Virus record (IMG/VR): IMGVR_UViG_3300012983_000001
Location: 64,001 to 128,000 of that record
Strand: one strand, 5' to 3'
Length of the DNA stretch: 64,000 nt
Source: a virus
Taxonomy: Duplodnaviria > Caudoviricetes
The notes under the pieces are model-generated. The model was not told where the DNA came from. It worked only from the letters and a program-made list of their open reading frames with translations, and did not search any database. A program made the position numbers and the translations under genes. Below, piece by piece: positions 48,619 to 60,400 of the stretch; the stretch's first letter is position 1, and every line of letters starts with the position of its first letter.

Positions 48619-51600
48619 TTAATCATTGAAATCTGGTTGTTCTCCACCTGTATTCTGAGAGGTTGGCATTTGTTTGATAAGCAAGATATTTTCACCATTT
48701 TTAGTACCAGATACAAATGGATATCCATCCCACCATAATGGCAACAGAACGCATACGTTTCGGTTATCGAACCAGTCAAATACATCTTCTAATAATGCAT
48801 CAATTACACAGGTAACAGCAAACCATGCAAGGGTACCAAGACCAGCACTGGATAAACCAAGTACAGCACCGCCTGTCTTAATAGCTTTCCATGTCTTTGT
48901 AATGCCCTTTGCACTTTTATATACTGTCTTTGCAGTCTTAAATGCATCTGCGGCTGTACTAACAAATTTCTTTGCTTTGACCAAATTTTTAAGGTTCTTA
49001 GCAAATTTAAAACTTGTGTATGCAAGCACGCCTGCTTGAGCAAGTTCTACAACAGAAAACGCACCGTTAACTATGTTGGCTGTCGAGTCACGTTTTTGAT
49101 TGTTATTGATAGCGCTTGTTAACTTGTCTCGCATAATTTCAAATTCTGAGAACAAGTTAAGATATTGCTCATAATTATTACGTAGCGTTCTACGTGTCTC
49201 TATATAACTAGAGAAACAATTTAGTATTCCCAGTAAGCTTTGGCATACCTGAATCATGCCACTACGGTCTTCGGTATGGAAGCCTATCATACCCAATGTC
49301 AGTGATGTTGTAAAACCTGTATTGAGACTAAAACTATGTGTAACTTCGCGCACTATTGCAAGACCATATACATCAGCAAAACTATCGTGAATCATTACAT
49401 AGTCGTGTGCTTTAATGCCTGGACATCCTGTTAAAATTAACTGTCCTTGATATTGCTGTTGCCATCCATACAGTAAATTGCTAACACCAACACGTCTTGC
49501 TGCATCTTCACCTAAACTATAAAATGTTACTTCATAGATTAAATCTGGACCCAAAGCATCTTGTACAAGTGGACTGTCAATGATTTGTGTTTTTTGATAT
49601 GCAAAATCAATCGTATCATCACTATGAATAGTTGGTGTAGAAACAACCTTGCCACCTCTGGTATACATTACCTTGGTATTTGTATTACTGAATTTCGAAG
49701 TAACTTTAACTTGATTGTCAATAATATTTGTACAATCCAATAAATGCACCTGTGCTGCGGACTTGCATTCTTCATATACTATTCCGTTTAGGTAATTATA
49801 TCTGTATTTCTCCATCCAAAATGGTAAGCCGAAATACAAACGTGAATCAAACTGATGATAAGATGGTTTTACAATAAACTCTGGTATCTGCTGTGTACTA
49901 ACCTGAAATACATCCCATGGCGTCATATTGTATTTGTTGAAGACAAAGTTCTGCTCATGGTCGTAACCAAAGTCACTGCTATATATATAGTGTTCTCCGT
50001 TATAAGATGCTTTATAAATATTCTTCATGATATCGTATTGTTCTTGTACGCCATTCCAGAAATCTGCTAAAGATACATTTCCATCAATAAGCACTCCTGT
50101 TAATGCACCAATACCAGCACCTAATAAACCACCTAAAACAACACCAATACCTGTACCAAGTGCTGTACCAACTACAGGTACAACACTTCCGATTGCAGCA
50201 CCAATAGCGCCGCCCCACTTCATACCAATAGTTGCACCACCAACGATACCACCAGCTGCGGCAATACAAATTACTAATAATCCCTTCTGATTAAAGTACA
50301 ATCCAAAATGCTCGATACCATAAGCCGAACCTTCAAATGTATCTTCCGCAAGATAATGACACCACGATTCTCGTTTAGCCATGACTTCAGCAATGATATT
50401 ACTTGCTTCCTGGTCTTCTCCTAAGCCAAACAGTCCAAGTAAGCCATTATTTGTGTCTTTTTCTTTTGCAGAGGTAACATGTTGAATAAGCTCATGCCCA
50501 TCAGATGTAACGACAATAGTAATTTGGTCACCTAATGCAACATCACTAACATGACCATTCATGACTGGGGCCAGTCCAAGAGGGTCAGAGCCATAACCAA
50601 TTCTAAGATGCACACGAGCTCCTTCACGTAATTTTGCATGACTGTAAATTACTTGTTGTAACTTAATGAGCTTATCAGTTAGTTTTGGACCAAGACCAAG
50701 CAATAAACCAGTTGCTTTGTAAAACTTACGTACCCATTCTGCATAACCTTCGTCGTTTGCAATACTATAATCGTTTAAACCTCCTTGGGTTCTGTCAAGA
50801 TTATGATATGAATTAGTTACTGTTAATGTTGCTGTTTCTGTTGGCATATCGTTTGTACCATGTACAGCAATATCGACAACAGAGCGATGTACATAATAAT
50901 TCGTCCATAATTTTCTACCGTCATACCATTGTGCATTATCATCAAGAATACAGAATAGATATGTCGGAAAAGCACGCACTAGCCTACCGCGTGCAGAATA
51001 CTGATATTCGTCACAAAACATTGTGTTACAAATGTTTAAGCCGTCATTTAGATATTCCATGGCATTTGTTTTGTTCGTTTCATTATTCCATGGAGCCCAA
51101 TTGTCGTCATAAATCATTGCCTCTGTTTTTGCCAATACAGGTTCTGCAAAACGTTTGATATCTTTAATAGTTTTTGCATTATGTAATAAAGTATATGCTT
51201 CTTTCAGTTCATTACTAGATGCCGTTCCTATATTTGGGTCACTAATAATACTATACTTAATATTTGAACCTGCTGATTCTGCTCCCCAGAATACATGAAT
51301 GCCAGCTTCACCAATTCTATCATATACCTCGTCTCGTTGAGCAATAGTAATAGCTGCATTATTAGCATCTGGCGTTAGGAAATACCAGATTTGTGCATCA
51401 TTCCAGTGCTTCTTTCCTTTAGTAAATACCTCTCTAACAATGTCTGCAACGGAATGCTCAACTACACCTTGGTAATTGGTTTTAAATTGTCCTTCGCCGT
51501 TTAAGATATTGGACAGACCGCCAAATTTCTTTTCTGGGTGAGTAAGTCTATCATAAATTACCTGCGCAACAGCTCGTTGCGCATCTTCATCTTCACCAAG

Positions 51601-54396
51601 AGTTTCTGCTGCAACAACCTTACAAATAGCTTCGAACTCTGATGTAGTTAATGTGTACTGTGACACTACCGATGAAGAATCTGAGAAGAACAATGTTTTT
51701 TCTTTGTTTCGTCTATTTATAAGTCCCTGCTTAGCATAACTTGCAGTTCCCCAATACAATGGTAAATTGTTACCGATATCTTCAATCGTTTTACTAACAA
51801 CCAAAAGAGAGTCTGCGTTTTTATTGTGGAACCCTCTATTATAGAAATACGATGTTAATGCTAATACTTGATTATTAGTGAAATCACTAGTGTTCCAACC
51901 GTATTGCTCTAATTTAGATAACGTCTTTGGAATCATTGACTCTAATTCCAATGTCAAATAATGTTCTGCATCTTCTTTAGACATTGTCATGCCAGATGTA
52001 ATTTTAACATCTTGAGTTCCATCAAAATAGGTATTATGGAAGCCATATCCAATATCTATACCACCATCTCTTGGTTCCGCTGTGCCTAAAAATCCCTCCC
52101 AGTCCTTCACCATGTCAACAAAATCTTGTGTAACATGGAAACCTGTAGTATTGGTAGCGGATGACGCTTTTGATGTTTTAATGAATGCTTTTGGTCTAAA
52201 ACATCGTCCGTTCTTAAAATACTGTGTATCTTTCTTAACGCCACCAATAGGATATGGACTACTGTTTGCTGCATGAACAATAGAATTATTTCCTTCATAC
52301 ACAACAGTATGTGTTAAATCACTATTGCAAAGGACGTCGCCACGTTGCATTTGGTTCCATGGGACTTCAATGAAGTGTTGCGAACTAGGAATTGTATCTA
52401 CTGTCAATCTGCCTTCATCTTTTGGCATTGCGCCTATTTTCTGTAACAGATAAGTTACAAAACCAGAGCAATCAAAACATAAGCCTTTTGCATCAGATAC
52501 TTCACCTTCTGCACCCCACTTATAGGTATGTCCAATAAAACTATTGGCGCAAGTAATAAATGCTTCAATTAAGTCTGTTGCGTAAGTTTCTCCATTATAA
52601 TTAGGAGTATGAATGACTTCTCGTGTTTTACTGTATGACTTCATGTGTTTTGGTTGGTAACCATAATATGTGTCATTACCTTCTTCAAGTTCACTTAAAT
52701 AGAATGATAAGTAAGAACAAGAATAGAATACATAGAAATCAGGGTCAACATAAATATCATACTCCAACTTACTTGTGTCAATGTCATCTGTATATGCTAT
52801 ACCGTGGCTAACATTCTTTACAGAGATATTATTACCTGGATGGCTTCCATGTAACATACCCATTGGATTTTTTGGATACTTTGTATAAGGTAATTTAGTT
52901 AAGTTATTTTTCTTTCTAAAGTCAATACAATTACGAATAAATGCATCAACTTCATTGTATGTAGGCAAATGTAAGTCAGGATAAACTTCCATAGAAGTTC
53001 TAATCTTCCATTCTGCATAGTTGTCTTGTTTAATTTTAATCTCCAATCCCTGTATGCTTTGTTCGATAGTTTGATTTGAATATCTTTCGTCATCACCGCC
53101 ATGCACATGGTCAGGATTAAAATCATTGTCGTCACAATCTTCACAGTCGAACGGTCTGAACCCATGCAGTTGTTCTCGTGAAGACTGTGCAATATCATAC
53201 GCGATACAGTTCATTTGTACGTTATATAATCCAGGAAAACCTGGAACCGTATTTGTAACTACGGAATCAATTAACACGAACAATGAACCAGTAAAAGAAA
53301 CTAATTCAGATTCCAATTTAACAAAACCTACGGAATGTACTTTGGCATTATTTCTTATCAACAAATCATTTGATATTTGACATTGTTCTAATGCTTGTAC
53401 GACGCTATAGTCAGTTGTTTCCATAGTAATGCTGTAGATAGTATCCATGCCACCAATGTATTGGATAGTTGGACTGGAAATATCAGATAGCTGAATATTG
53501 GTTAAAATGTTGGAATAACCGCACTGAAATGCTGTAATAACTACATCTGATTCAGCACTATCTAACCATGTGATGTAATTGGAGTCTTCTTCTGTCACTT
53601 TGTATTCATCACAGATAATAGAGAGCATATTAGATTCTGTTGCTTTTTCTGAGTTAAAAACAGCATCACTCAAAACACTAATCTTGAATCTATTATGTTC
53701 GCTATTAGCAGGTAAGCTTTGTAACTTTTTGTAAACATGTGTTTCTGTTAAAAATCTTTGATAATAAAATCTAAATAAATCCCAGTCAATCATGTATTTA
53801 AAACATACATCTGGCATTTCCAGATATGGATACATATTGACTTCCTGCAATGTAATTTGAGCTGTCATTGCGTTCGGAAAGCCTTGCATAGTAGACATGG
53901 TAATAGACTGTAAAGCGACAGTAAAAATACCGTACATACCATTAACTAGTTCGTTCGAAATTGGTAAAAACGGTGTACATTTAAACTGCGCCAATAATTG
54001 TCTTAAGCCGTCTACATAATAAGTCCCTTCTGGACCAGGTACTGCATAACCATTCAGTTGTTCTAATCCATTAAATACAAGGTCTATCAGAATAGTACGT
54101 TTGTGATGACCTGCTTTCATTTTCTGGGTATTCTCCTGTCTCAGAGTAACAAGACTCTGAGACGTTGATTCGGAGCTTACCATTATAAATTCAGGAGGTA
54201 TCATGAAATACGTATCACCTATCTGAAGATTGTATTCATCATACATATATCTGTGAGGATATAATACATTGTCCAGCGCATCCAATGGTTCAATGCGTCG
54301 CTCGTCTTTAATTCTGGAAAACTTATCAATCATTTGTAATCCAGTGACGGTATCTTCAATACTTATCAAGTCTGCATTGTTATACTTGATTCCCAT
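48619..54396 (-). CDS. Baseplate hub / tail-associated lysin with NlpC/P60, GH24-like lysozyme and SleB-like hydrolase domains plus a glycine zipper
   Basis: YKWGA..FDCSGF..HTVVY..VHA; WEGF..IGYG..ALTSYFYNRG..GLINRRNKE; VAAET.GE...AVAQVIYDR..GQF..HVF; hub-like GARVHLRIGYGS and G.PGIK.HD...V.EVTHSFS..GFTT. Confidence 0.85.
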   Translation of the reverse strand: MGIKYNNADLISIEDTVTGLQMIDKFSRIKDERRIEPLDALDNVLYPHRYMYDEYNLQIGDTYFMIPPEFIMVSSESTSQSLVTLRQENTQKMKAGHHKRTILIDLVFNGLEQLNGYAVPGPEGTYYVDGLRQLLAQFKCTPFLPISNELVNGMYGIFTVALQSITMSTMQGFPNAMTAQITLQEVNMYPYLEMPDVCFKYMIDWDLFRFYYQRFLTETHVYKKLQSLPANSEHNRFKISVLSDAVFNSEKATESNMLSIICDEYKVTEEDSNYITWLDSAESDVVITAFQCGYSNILTNIQLSDISSPTIQYIGGMDTIYSITMETTDYSVVQALEQCQISNDLLIRNNAKVHSVGFVKLESELVSFTGSLFVLIDSVVTNTVPGFPGLYNVQMNCIAYDIAQSSREQLHGFRPFDCEDCDDNDFNPDHVHGGDDERYSNQTIEQSIQGLEIKIKQDNYAEWKIRTSMEVYPDLHLPTYNEVDAFIRNCIDFRKKNNLTKLPYTKYPKNPMGMLHGSHPGNNISVKNVSHGIAYTDDIDTSKLEYDIYVDPDFYVFYSCSYLSFYLSELEEGNDTYYGYQPKHMKSYSKTREVIHTPNYNGETYATDLIEAFITCANSFIGHTYKWGAEGEVSDAKGLCFDCSGFVTYLLQKIGAMPKDEGRLTVDTIPSSQHFIEVPWNQMQRGDVLCNSDLTHTVVYEGNNSIVHAANSSPYPIGGVKKDTQYFKNGRCFRPKAFIKTSKASSATNTTGFHVTQDFVDMVKDWEGFLGTAEPRDGGIDIGYGFHNTYFDGTQDVKITSGMTMSKEDAEHYLTLELESMIPKTLSKLEQYGWNTSDFTNNQVLALTSYFYNRGFHNKNADSLLVVSKTIEDIGNNLPLYWGTASYAKQGLINRRNKEKTLFFSDSSSVVSQYTLTTSEFEAICKVVAAETLGEDEDAQRAVAQVIYDRLTHPEKKFGGLSNILNGEGQFKTNYQGVVEHSVADIVREVFTKGKKHWNDAQIWYFLTPDANNAAITIAQRDEVYDRIGEAGIHVFWGAESAGSNIKYSIISDPNIGTASSNELKEAYTLLHNAKTIKDIKRFAEPVLAKTEAMIYDDNWAPWNNETNKTNAMEYLNDGLNICNTMFCDEYQYSARGRLVRAFPTYLFCILDDNAQWYDGRKLWTNYYVHRSVVDIAVHGTNDMPTETATLTVTNSYHNLDRTQGGLNDYSIANDEGYAEWVRKFYKATGLLLGLGPKLTDKLIKLQQVIYSHAKLREGARVHLRIGYGSDPLGLAPVMNGHVSDVALGDQITIVVTSDGHELIQHVTSAKEKDTNNGLLGLFGLGEDQEASNIIAEVMAKRESWCHYLAEDTFEGSAYGIEHFGLYFNQKGLLVICIAAAGGIVGGATIGMKWGGAIGAAIGSVVPVVGTALGTGIGVVLGGLLGAGIGALTGVLIDGNVSLADFWNGVQEQYDIMKNIYKASYNGEHYIYSSDFGYDHEQNFVFNKYNMTPWDVFQVSTQQIPEFIVKPSYHQFDSRLYFGLPFWMEKYRYNYLNGIVYEECKSAAQVHLLDCTNIIDNQVKVTSKFSNTNTKVMYTRGGKVVSTPTIHSDDTIDFAYQKTQIIDSPLVQDALGPDLIYEVTFYSLGEDAARRVGVSNLLYGWQQQYQGQLILTGCPGIKAHDYVMIHDSFADVYGLAIVREVTHSFSLNTGFTTSLTLGMIGFHTEDRSGMIQVCQSLLGILNCFSSYIETRRTLRNNYEQYLNLFSEFEIMRDKLTSAINNNQKRDSTANIVNGAFSVVELAQAGVLAYTSFKFAKNLKNLVKAKKFVSTAADAFKTAKTVYKSAKGITKTWKAIKTGGAVLGLSSAGLGTLAWFAVTCVIDALLEDVFDWFDNRNVCVLLPLWWDGYPFVSGTKNGENILLIKQMPTSQNTGGEQPDFND

Positions 54397-54410
54397 AATA
54401 CCTCCTATTT

Positions 54411-57400
54411 CTACATAAGTTCTGCAAACTTATTAGCAAGCCAGTTATCTGTTACACCACTAGTGTCAGCCTGACTATATACTGATGTATTGCCACCACC
54501 AGACATACCGATAAGCTTTGCATTATTCATGTCGTTAATATAATTTTGTGTTTTAGCTGAAACGTTGAAGTTAAAACCAGATGCTCTATCATGATACACT
54601 GTCGCTTTTTTAGACATCGGAGCCTGTTGTGGTCTAGGGCTTCGTGTTTCTGGCTGATTGTTATTATTGTTTCTTGCTGGTGTTAATGGTGATTGAGCTT
54701 TGTCATTATGTAATAAATTATTTGCAACGCCTAACGCAGCCATAGAAGCAACAGCAATACCAATAGTTTTCTTTGGCATTTTACCGAAAGCATCTTTGGT
54801 ACTTTGCCAGAACTGTCCAGAAACAGTTTTCTTTTTAACGTGTCTTTCTGCGGCACGTTTAACTGCTTCTTGTACTTGTTCTGGAGTGCGGGTTTCTAAT
54901 GCGTCATGTACTGCACCAATAGCTTTTTTGTGTTCCGCAATTAAGTCATTGACTAATGGTGTGTTTTTCAATCCGCTATGAGCTGATGTTTGTGCAACAG
55001 GACGATAATTTGATAACGCATTTAACGTATTTGTTAATGCATATGCTTCGGTATGGCTCATTGTCTTAATAGATTTTTGAGCTTCTATACCAGCCTGCTG
55101 TATCTCTTGAATATCAGTCATTACCAGAGAATCGAAACGTTTACCAATGAAATCACCAAAGCCTACAATAGAATCATCAGAAGGTTGTTTCCATCCAAAG
55201 AATGCATCCATCTGCGCTTCTGATTGAAATAATGCATAAATGTCTTGTTGTGTTTTTTTGATAACTGGCTGGTTCTCTGCCTTTAACTTTGTAATAATCT
55301 CATCAGCTCGTTGCATGGAATTATCAACAATGTCTTGTAATGACTTAAGTTCATCATCAGAAACGCCTTGATGACGTAAGCCATCTAATTCCACTTGTAC
55401 GTTAGCAAAACTGCCTTCAATGTTTCTTCGCTCTTCTATTATATCATAGGTGTTCTTCTTTAAAAAGTCTAAAGTTTCTTGATATGTTTTTTTATCGAAA
55501 AAATCCATTAACTGTGCTTCGGATGCATAACGTTCAAGGTTTTCTTCACTACCGAAACGTTGAATTAATTCCTTACGAAGAATTGTATCATATTCTTCGT
55601 CAAAGATAAATCCCCTTTCTTCGTCTCTACTTCTCGGATTGTCTGCAATCTGTTTATTGATTGATTTAATCAATTCTCCAGCGGACGATGGGTCTTTTCT
55701 GGTATCAAAGAAACCTTTGCTTACAGCATAATCATATGTCTGAGCTAATCTGTTAATGTTTGCATAGATAACTGGAGTGGTACGGCCCGCAGTTTTACTA
55801 CCAATAAGAAGCTGATTTACTCCCTGCCATGCAGAACCATATTTAGCTAAACCATTTCTTGTTTCTCCAATTTTCTTAAACGACTGAGGTAATTCAGTAA
55901 GCACCTTGCCTTCATCATCTAATAAGACACTATTAAGTGTTTTTTCGAATTTACGTTTTGTTAATCCACTTGATGTTCTTTCCTGTAATGATATAGACTC
56001 CATGTAGTCTTGAATATTAACACCATGGGATAATACGCTTTCAAACGTTCTTTTGGTACTAAAAGGCTTACCGATTTCTTTACCTGTTGATAAATCTATT
56101 TCGACGAAACGGTTATTGCCTTTATAGATATAGCTTTTATCTTGCCATCTATCAAGAGTGCCAATATCAAAATAAATATCGTTAACGGTATATGGGTCTT
56201 TTGGAGCACTGAAGGAATTAGCAAAGATATCAAGTACATTGTAAAAACCTGTACCAACATATCGTTCGGATAACTTATCAAGACCTTGTTTATTCAGTTC
56301 TTCAATAGTATGGTAAATAGATTCATCCAGAGACCCATGAAGCAACCTGTCGGCGTAATATTTATGGAAATCTGGAATTTCTTTTTGTACATCCAACAGT
56401 CTACGCAATGTTCTTAAATTCTCCAGGTTTGCTGTTTTCTGACCTGCATCTTTTGCTGACTGTATTGCACGATTGAAATCTTCCAGAGTACTATTGACAA
56501 CTAAACGTGCCATGTCATCTAACTCTCTATCAGATGCTTTAAACAATCCAGAATTGACCGCTTCAAGTATATTACGAATACCCTTCATATTGCTTTCTGG
56601 AGAATGCTTACTGTTACCAAATAACAGCGACATACCTGTAGAATAACGTGTTGTTTTTGCAATTCTTAAACCGTCATCTGCGTGCTTTACGTCGATACTC
56701 TTCTGCTCTGTTTCACTAAAGAAACCACCAGCTTTAGAAAGCATATTACTCAAACTTACATAAGTATCATTAAGTAATTGTTTTTGAGATAACGCTAATT
56801 TTGGGTCGGTCATTGCAGTAAGCAATGCATTTCTCATAGTGTAGTTTGGAGTAGAAATACTACCAATGTTCTTTTTACGGAAACGAGATGCAATAGAAGC
56901 AATAATCGAGTCTTCATCTGTCATGGTATTAAACTTCATGTGTACAAATGTATCATGCATTTGCTTTGATGTTTCCGCAGCAAAGATTTGAGCATCGCTA
57001 AGATTATCAATAGAGGATACACGAATGCTGTTATCTTTAGCCCATGCCATAATAGCACTTTCATACTCTTTAGGTTTCATTTTTTTAAGCATTGCTGCAT
57101 ATTGTCTGGTACTTGCATTTGGGTCATCTGAACCAAAAAGACCAATATCATTAACAAGCTCTGCTAATAAAGAACGAGACTCTCGTGCCGCAAAACGATT
57201 ATAAATTTCAGTAGCAGTATCAAAAACTTGCGTTCCATTAATCTTTGTATCTGTTCTGATGATACTCATACCGTCTGTCAGTATAGACAAGAATTGTTTA
57301 TCGCCATCGAAGTCAACATTATTTAAGGACGAGAATACAGCACTAGAACCACGTACTTGTGTACCAGTTAAAGTAGTATCAAGAATTACTCTTGTCATAG

Positions 57401-60400
57401 CTTGGCTTCGGAATGTTGGATAACGAGTAATTTCACCGAAAGTACCAACTTCAGAAAGATACATTGTGCCGATTTCTTCATCGAACACTTTAAGAATACT
57501 ACCTTGTTCGCTATTAATAATAGCTTGATTCAATGCTTTAATGTCTAATCCGCCAGGTGTTTGGCCATATCGTCTAGCTACAAAATCATTTAACTGACCT
57601 GTAATGGATTTCTTGGAATCAATGTGCAATCCTTCAATGTTCAGTGCATTTAATTTTCTAGCTATTGTTGTTTTACGACCAGCAAATTTGTGATGATATT
57701 CTTTGATACGTTCAAACTTATAGTTCCCAGTTTCCCAGTCGCTGTACGCTTGTAATCCTACGGCACCAACACTAATGCCTTGACGCTCAAAGGCTTCTTT
57801 ACTTATGGCAACAGCTAAACCATATTGCTTTTTGCCATCTATCATGACTTCAGCGGCCTTACGAAGATTGTCGTTACTACTTAAGGACATCAGTTCTGAA
57901 TAATAACTATCATCTTCTAGTATACGTTTTGAAATCTTTGACAGCTCTTTTTTAAGTGGCGCATATACTTCATCTTCTAATTCTTTAATGACTGCTTTAT
58001 TGTCAGGATTGATTTTAAGAATGCGTTCTAATCTATCTTTACGCTTCTTTAAAGCCTTAAGCTCAGGTGTCATCATTGCTTTAACTAAAGGAGATGCTTC
58101 ATCCTGTGCAAGTAATTCTTGAGACGTTGGCATGATATATTGCTGGAATGCTTTATAAACGTCTCCTTGCTTATCCAAGAAACCGAGTTGCTTAGATAAA
58201 CTAGTCATTGTGGAAGAATATGCTGCACTTAAAGCTTGTTTTATACCACCCTGTTTTGTGTATCTACTAGGGTTTGTTGTAATGTCAATTAATTGATTTA
58301 CGAAGTGTGAAACTGTACTTTGTTGACTCTGGAAGTATGTCTTGTCGGTTGCGCCAGTAAATACAGTCTGAATCGGAATCATTACGCCTTTAAAGTCACG
58401 ATATCCGAATTTATCTTTAACGGAAAACGAAACGTCGTTTAGGTCAATAAAGATACTATATGATTTATTATCAAGGTTTACACCAGACTTACGAGCGGCT
58501 TTCTTTAAGAAATCACTAGGCTTGCCATCTACGAAGAAAATAGAATTACGTAATTCCTTAGTAGTCATACCGCCTTTTAAACGGCTCGATTCATCAATTA
58601 AGTCGTTAATGTTAATATTAACAATATTCTTACCTTCAGCGCCGTATTTTTCTGGATTGTAATAATACATCAGTGATTCAACAATGCCTTTAGCGCTACG
58701 CTGAATTTCTGATTTACCATTTAATAAATGTATTCTATTTGCATTTTTCTGTTGACCGTATACATTGATGTATTGCTGTAAGTCTGTCTGGTCATTTTGA
58801 GCCAATCCAGTTCCTTGTGCATTATAATGTTCAGAGTAATATCTTAAGGTATCTGCCCATTCATTGTCGATTGGGTCTATGCCATCACCGCCCATTTGCA
58901 TACCACGAGTACGAATACCTTGTTCAATTCTTTGGTCATATACCATTCTGGTACCCATGTGTTCATTCATACTTTGTCTTTGAATACGAGCATTATACGT
59001 GCCAGTGGCATACATTTCTTCAATTTCTTCTACGATTGATTCGTTGATACTTGTGGATAAGATGGTATTATTCTTAATCTGGTCATATAACGTCTCAATA
59101 GCATAGCTAAAATTGTGAGCGTCGCTACTTGATGAAATAATATGTCCATCAATAAACTGAAACTTGTTTATGCCACGGAATGCTGGATTAGCTTCAGTAA
59201 TCATTCTATTCAAATGATTAACTAATGCTTGTCCCTGACCACGTTCTGTATACTGAGAAGTAATAGTATTCCATAAGGAATGGGTAGAAACAATATTACC
59301 ATGCTTCTCAAGGCCAAGATTTGCCATTACCACAGCGCCATCAGATACTTTTGCAAATAAGCTATTAGCAACACGTAATGCTTTTTGGCTGTCTGTAATG
59401 CCAGTGTACTCCATAAACTTTGTCATGTTTATACTGTGTACAGTACCTTTTTCTGCACCGTTAATCATGATTTTTGTATCAGCAATATCGCCATGTAATG
59501 GAATTACACTACTAGAACCCCAATCAAAGAATTCATCAATGTTTTCGCGTGTAAATACTGTATCAGGACCGTCATAGTAAATAAGCGTGTCATCTGGCGT
59601 TATTGCAATAGGAGTATCTCGTGTTACTACAGTTCCGTCGTGCGCTAAACGAGCAAGCATACTTTTACTACGCGCTTCGTCGACAATATCTTTGTCGAAC
59701 ATAATCTTTTTACCATCTTTAGCTTGGAATAATTCTTGTTCATTTAAACCAGGCGCAATGAATATCTTACCCTCATGTAAAGACATGAATTCTTGTTCAA
59801 AATATTCAACAGCTTTACCGTAACGAGATTCTGAAATGCCCAACTGTTTTGCCATTGCGACGTCTTCTTCAAGTTCTTGATAACGCATGATTAAATCGTA
59901 ATCATTGATTTGCTTTACTCTTGCAATCATTGAACGTTCTCTTAATGCGTAATCTTCTCCATCTATTGGCTGATATCCAGATGCCGCTAATGCCATTTTA
60001 TCTTTGTATTCTTTTTCTGTAATAACGTTAGTACCAACACGTAATGCATGTTCTTCAAAGCCGATGAATTTTTTCATATCGAATCTGCTTGGTGAGAACC
60101 ACATGCTATTATTTTGCTGATGATAAGTAGGTCTTAATGTACTGTATAAACTTGCCGCATCGTTGTAGTCGCCAGGACGTACATATGAAACAATGCCTTT
60201 TTCACTTGCAGATTCTGATAATACTTGGTTAATACCTTTGGTTTGAATTTTCTTTAATGCCTCACCTACGGACTGGTGGAAGGTATGAGTCGTATCTCGT
60301 TCTACGGTTTCAGTAATAATATCAAAAATGTTCTTATCAAATTCTGGTCCAGAGATAATGCCCTGTAAAGAAATATCACTAGCGACAGTACCAGTAAACA

